Source of the DNA: Bdellovibrionales bacterium
Lineage (GTDB): Bacteria; Bdellovibrionota; Bdellovibrionia; Bdellovibrionales; JAGQZY01
Assembly (NCBI GenBank): GCA_043764415.1
Contig: JAYUKO010000162.1
Coordinates: 1 to 53,805 of the forward strand
Reading direction: 5' to 3'
DNA: 53,805 nucleotides
Part shown: piece by piece, positions 52,516-53,805 of the stretch
Layout of the letters: each line of letters starts with the position of its first letter
How positions within the stretch are numbered: position 1 is the first letter of the stretch
Position numbers and translations under genes: made by a program
The notes under the pieces: generated by a model
What the model was told of the DNA's origin: nothing
Database searches by the model: none
Seen by the model: the letters and a program-made list of their open reading frames with translations, nothing else

Positions 52516-52592
52516 TTAGCCCCCAAGAACATTTACAGAATATCAAATCTGCACTCGAAACTCCACTTGCGAAGACGATTCGTCTCAGTAAA

Positions 52593-52607
52593 ACTCTCTG
52601 TGAGAGT
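52593..52607 (-). terminator. weak hairpin, possible tadA terminator
   Basis: ACTCTC-TGT-GAGAGT (6-bp stem) flanked by AAAA on one side and CTTTTT on the other. It lies 29 nt after the tadA stop. The stem is short. Confidence 0.3.
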
Positions 52608-52635
52608 CTTTTTGAGACAGATGATGGGACATCAG

Positions 52636-53103
52636 CTAAGACCGCTTCTTTTTAAAGAAATCTTTTAAAACCAAAGCGCCTTCGGGCTCGAGAATGCCGC
52701 TGACCACATCCACCTGATGGTTGTGCTTGCGGTTTGTTAGAAGACCAAAAACACTTTCGGCCCCACCTTTAGGATCAGAAGCGCCGTAAACCAAGGTTTT
52801 AATCCGCGCCTGAATCAGCGCCCCCGCGCACATCGCACAAGGCTCAAGGGTGGTCACCAACACACAGTCCACCAATCGCCACGATCCCAGGCGCTGACTG
52901 GCCTCTTGCAGGGCGAGGAGTTCGGCATGGGCGGAGGGCAATTGTAGGGCCTCGCGTAAATTATGGGCACGTGCAATAACCTGGTCATCCTTGATCACCA
53001 GGGCGCCTACCGGAACTTCGTCTTTGCCAGCGGCAATACGGGCCTCATCGAGGGCCAAACGCATCCAGTTTTCATATTTTTCGGCAAGTTTCGCGGCATC
53101 CAT
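52636..53103 (-). CDS. tadA: tRNA adenosine(34) deaminase
   Basis: 'HAELLALQ' and 'LEPCAMCAGAL' zinc-binding motifs. 155 aa. Confidence 0.9.
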   Translation of the reverse strand: MDAAKLAEKYENWMRLALDEARIAAGKDEVPVGALVIKDDQVIARAHNLREALQLPSAHAELLALQEASQRLGSWRLVDCVLVTTLEPCAMCAGALIQARIKTLVYGASDPKGGAESVFGLLTNRKHNHQVDVVSGILEPEGALVLKDFFKKKRS

Positions 53104-53201
53104 AGCCCGCCAATTTAAAAGGCGTTTCGCCCAATGTCATTAAAGATGACAGCCCAAAGTACTTTTGTTAAGACCATCCGTTGAAGGGCAGGTGATTGAC
53201 T

Positions 53202-53402
53202 ATGTCATTAGTAAGATTGCGCGATGGCGAGAGCTTTGAACAGGCTTTCCGTCGTTTTAAGAAATCCTGCGAAAAATCAGGCGTATTATCCGAAGTTAAA
53301 AAGCGCGAACATTACGAAAAACCTGGCGTTCGAAAAAAGAAAAAATCGATGTCGGCTCGTAAACGTTCGTTAAAAAAAGTACGACGCTTTGGAGATTACT
53401 AG
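53202..53402 (+). CDS. rpsU: 30S ribosomal protein S21
   Basis: '[40 protein letters not shown]' is the S21 pattern. I prefer ATG at 53202 (AGGTGA 6 nt upstream) to TTG at 53196. Confidence 0.9.
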   Translation: MSLVRLRDGESFEQAFRRFKKSCEKSGVLSEVKKREHYEKPGVRKKKKSMSARKRSLKKVRRFGDY

Positions 53403-53434
53403 CTCGAAGATTACTCATTTGGAGATTTTTAGTC

Positions 53435-53805
53435 ATGTCGCTTAAGCAACAGATATCAGATGACACCAAAGATGCTATGAAGGCGAGGGATGCTGACAAG
53501 GTCAGCACTCTTCGCTTTTTACAAGCAGCTGTTAAAAATAAGGAAATCGAACTCCGTCCCAACGCTTTAACCGATGAAGACGTTGTGACTGTCCTTAGGA
53601 AGTCCGTCAAACAAAGACAGGATTCAATCGAACAGTATGTGTCTGCGGGTCGAACAGACCTCGCCGACAAAGAAAAAATGGAGTTATCGATTATCGAGGG
53701 GTACTTGCCCAAGCAAATGAGCGCAGATCAAATCGAGGCTGTTGTAAAACAGGCTATCAAAGATGTCGGTGCCACGTCGCCCAAGGAAATGGGAGCCGTG
53801 ATGAA
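53435..53805 (+). CDS. GatB/YqeY domain-containing protein, partial (3' end beyond window)
   Basis: Manual translation from ATG at 53435 gives MSLKQQISDDTKDAMKARDADKVSTLRFLQAAVKNKEIELR...IIEGYLPKQM..., the YqeY-like pattern. It follows rpsU, as in many bacteria. No stop within the window. Confidence 0.8.
   Translation, partial: MSLKQQISDDTKDAMKARDADKVSTLRFLQAAVKNKEIELRPNALTDEDVVTVLRKSVKQRQDSIEQYVSAGRTDLADKEKMELSIIEGYLPKQMSADQIEAVVKQAIKDVGATSPKEMGAVM

Noticed and set aside
1-53805. CRISPR arrays, tRNA/rRNA genes, transposases, integrases and prophage genes.
   Set aside because: I found no regularly spaced direct repeats, no cloverleaf-compatible ~75-nt conserved segments in the few intergenic gaps, and no ORF with DDE, tyrosine or serine recombinase motifs.

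Overview
This is 53.8 kb of densely coding bacterial chromosome. I recognised no rRNA, tRNA, CRISPR, IS or phage genes. The gene content (cN-II-type 5'-nucleotidase, many lipoproteins, tight ATGA/GTGTTAA-type overlaps) would fit a Bdellovibrio-like or Oligoflexia-type proteobacterium, but I cannot verify the taxon from here.

Positions 1-16.2 kb look like ordinary housekeeping: hppD, ribD, an AsnB-like PP-loop protein, a biotin operon (bioB, bioF, fused bioD::bioA, then a ferritin-like diiron protein), YceI, mscL and an M16 peptidase.

Positions ~17.1/19.7-51.2 kb are the unusual part. This ~31 kb accessory island is split into ~14 short, alternately oriented transcription blocks and contains:
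- 11 radical-SAM genes. Eight are paralogs of one family with an N-terminal, permuted twitch/SPASM-like Cys motif and a near-invariant CNLKC(R/I)(M/T)C core. The other three are of two other types with C-terminal Cys-rich domains.
- An StrB1/AGAT-type amidinotransferase.
- A NodU/CmcH carbamoyltransferase flanked by an SxtJ-like membrane protein and an SxtK/DUF5989-like 49-aa membrane protein that is absent from the ORF track.
- Three AspH/LpxO-type cupin domains and a KdoO-like dioxygenase.
- A minimal PLP-fold protein.
- Three membrane-anchored SGNH/GDSL-like proteins.
- Two copies of a 'small TM protein + HTTM-like polytopic membrane protein' module.
- Two Rossmann/methyltransferase-like proteins.

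The island has no PKS, NRPS, glycosyltransferase or terpene scaffold enzyme, no transporter, no regulator and no obvious precursor peptide. I regard it as a candidate undescribed radical-SAM-driven modification or biosynthesis system whose product is unknown.

The right flank (51.2-53.8 kb) returns to ordinary genes: a GH114 lipoprotein, tadA, rpsU and a yqeY-like gene.

All family calls rest on motifs read by eye. No database search was possible.
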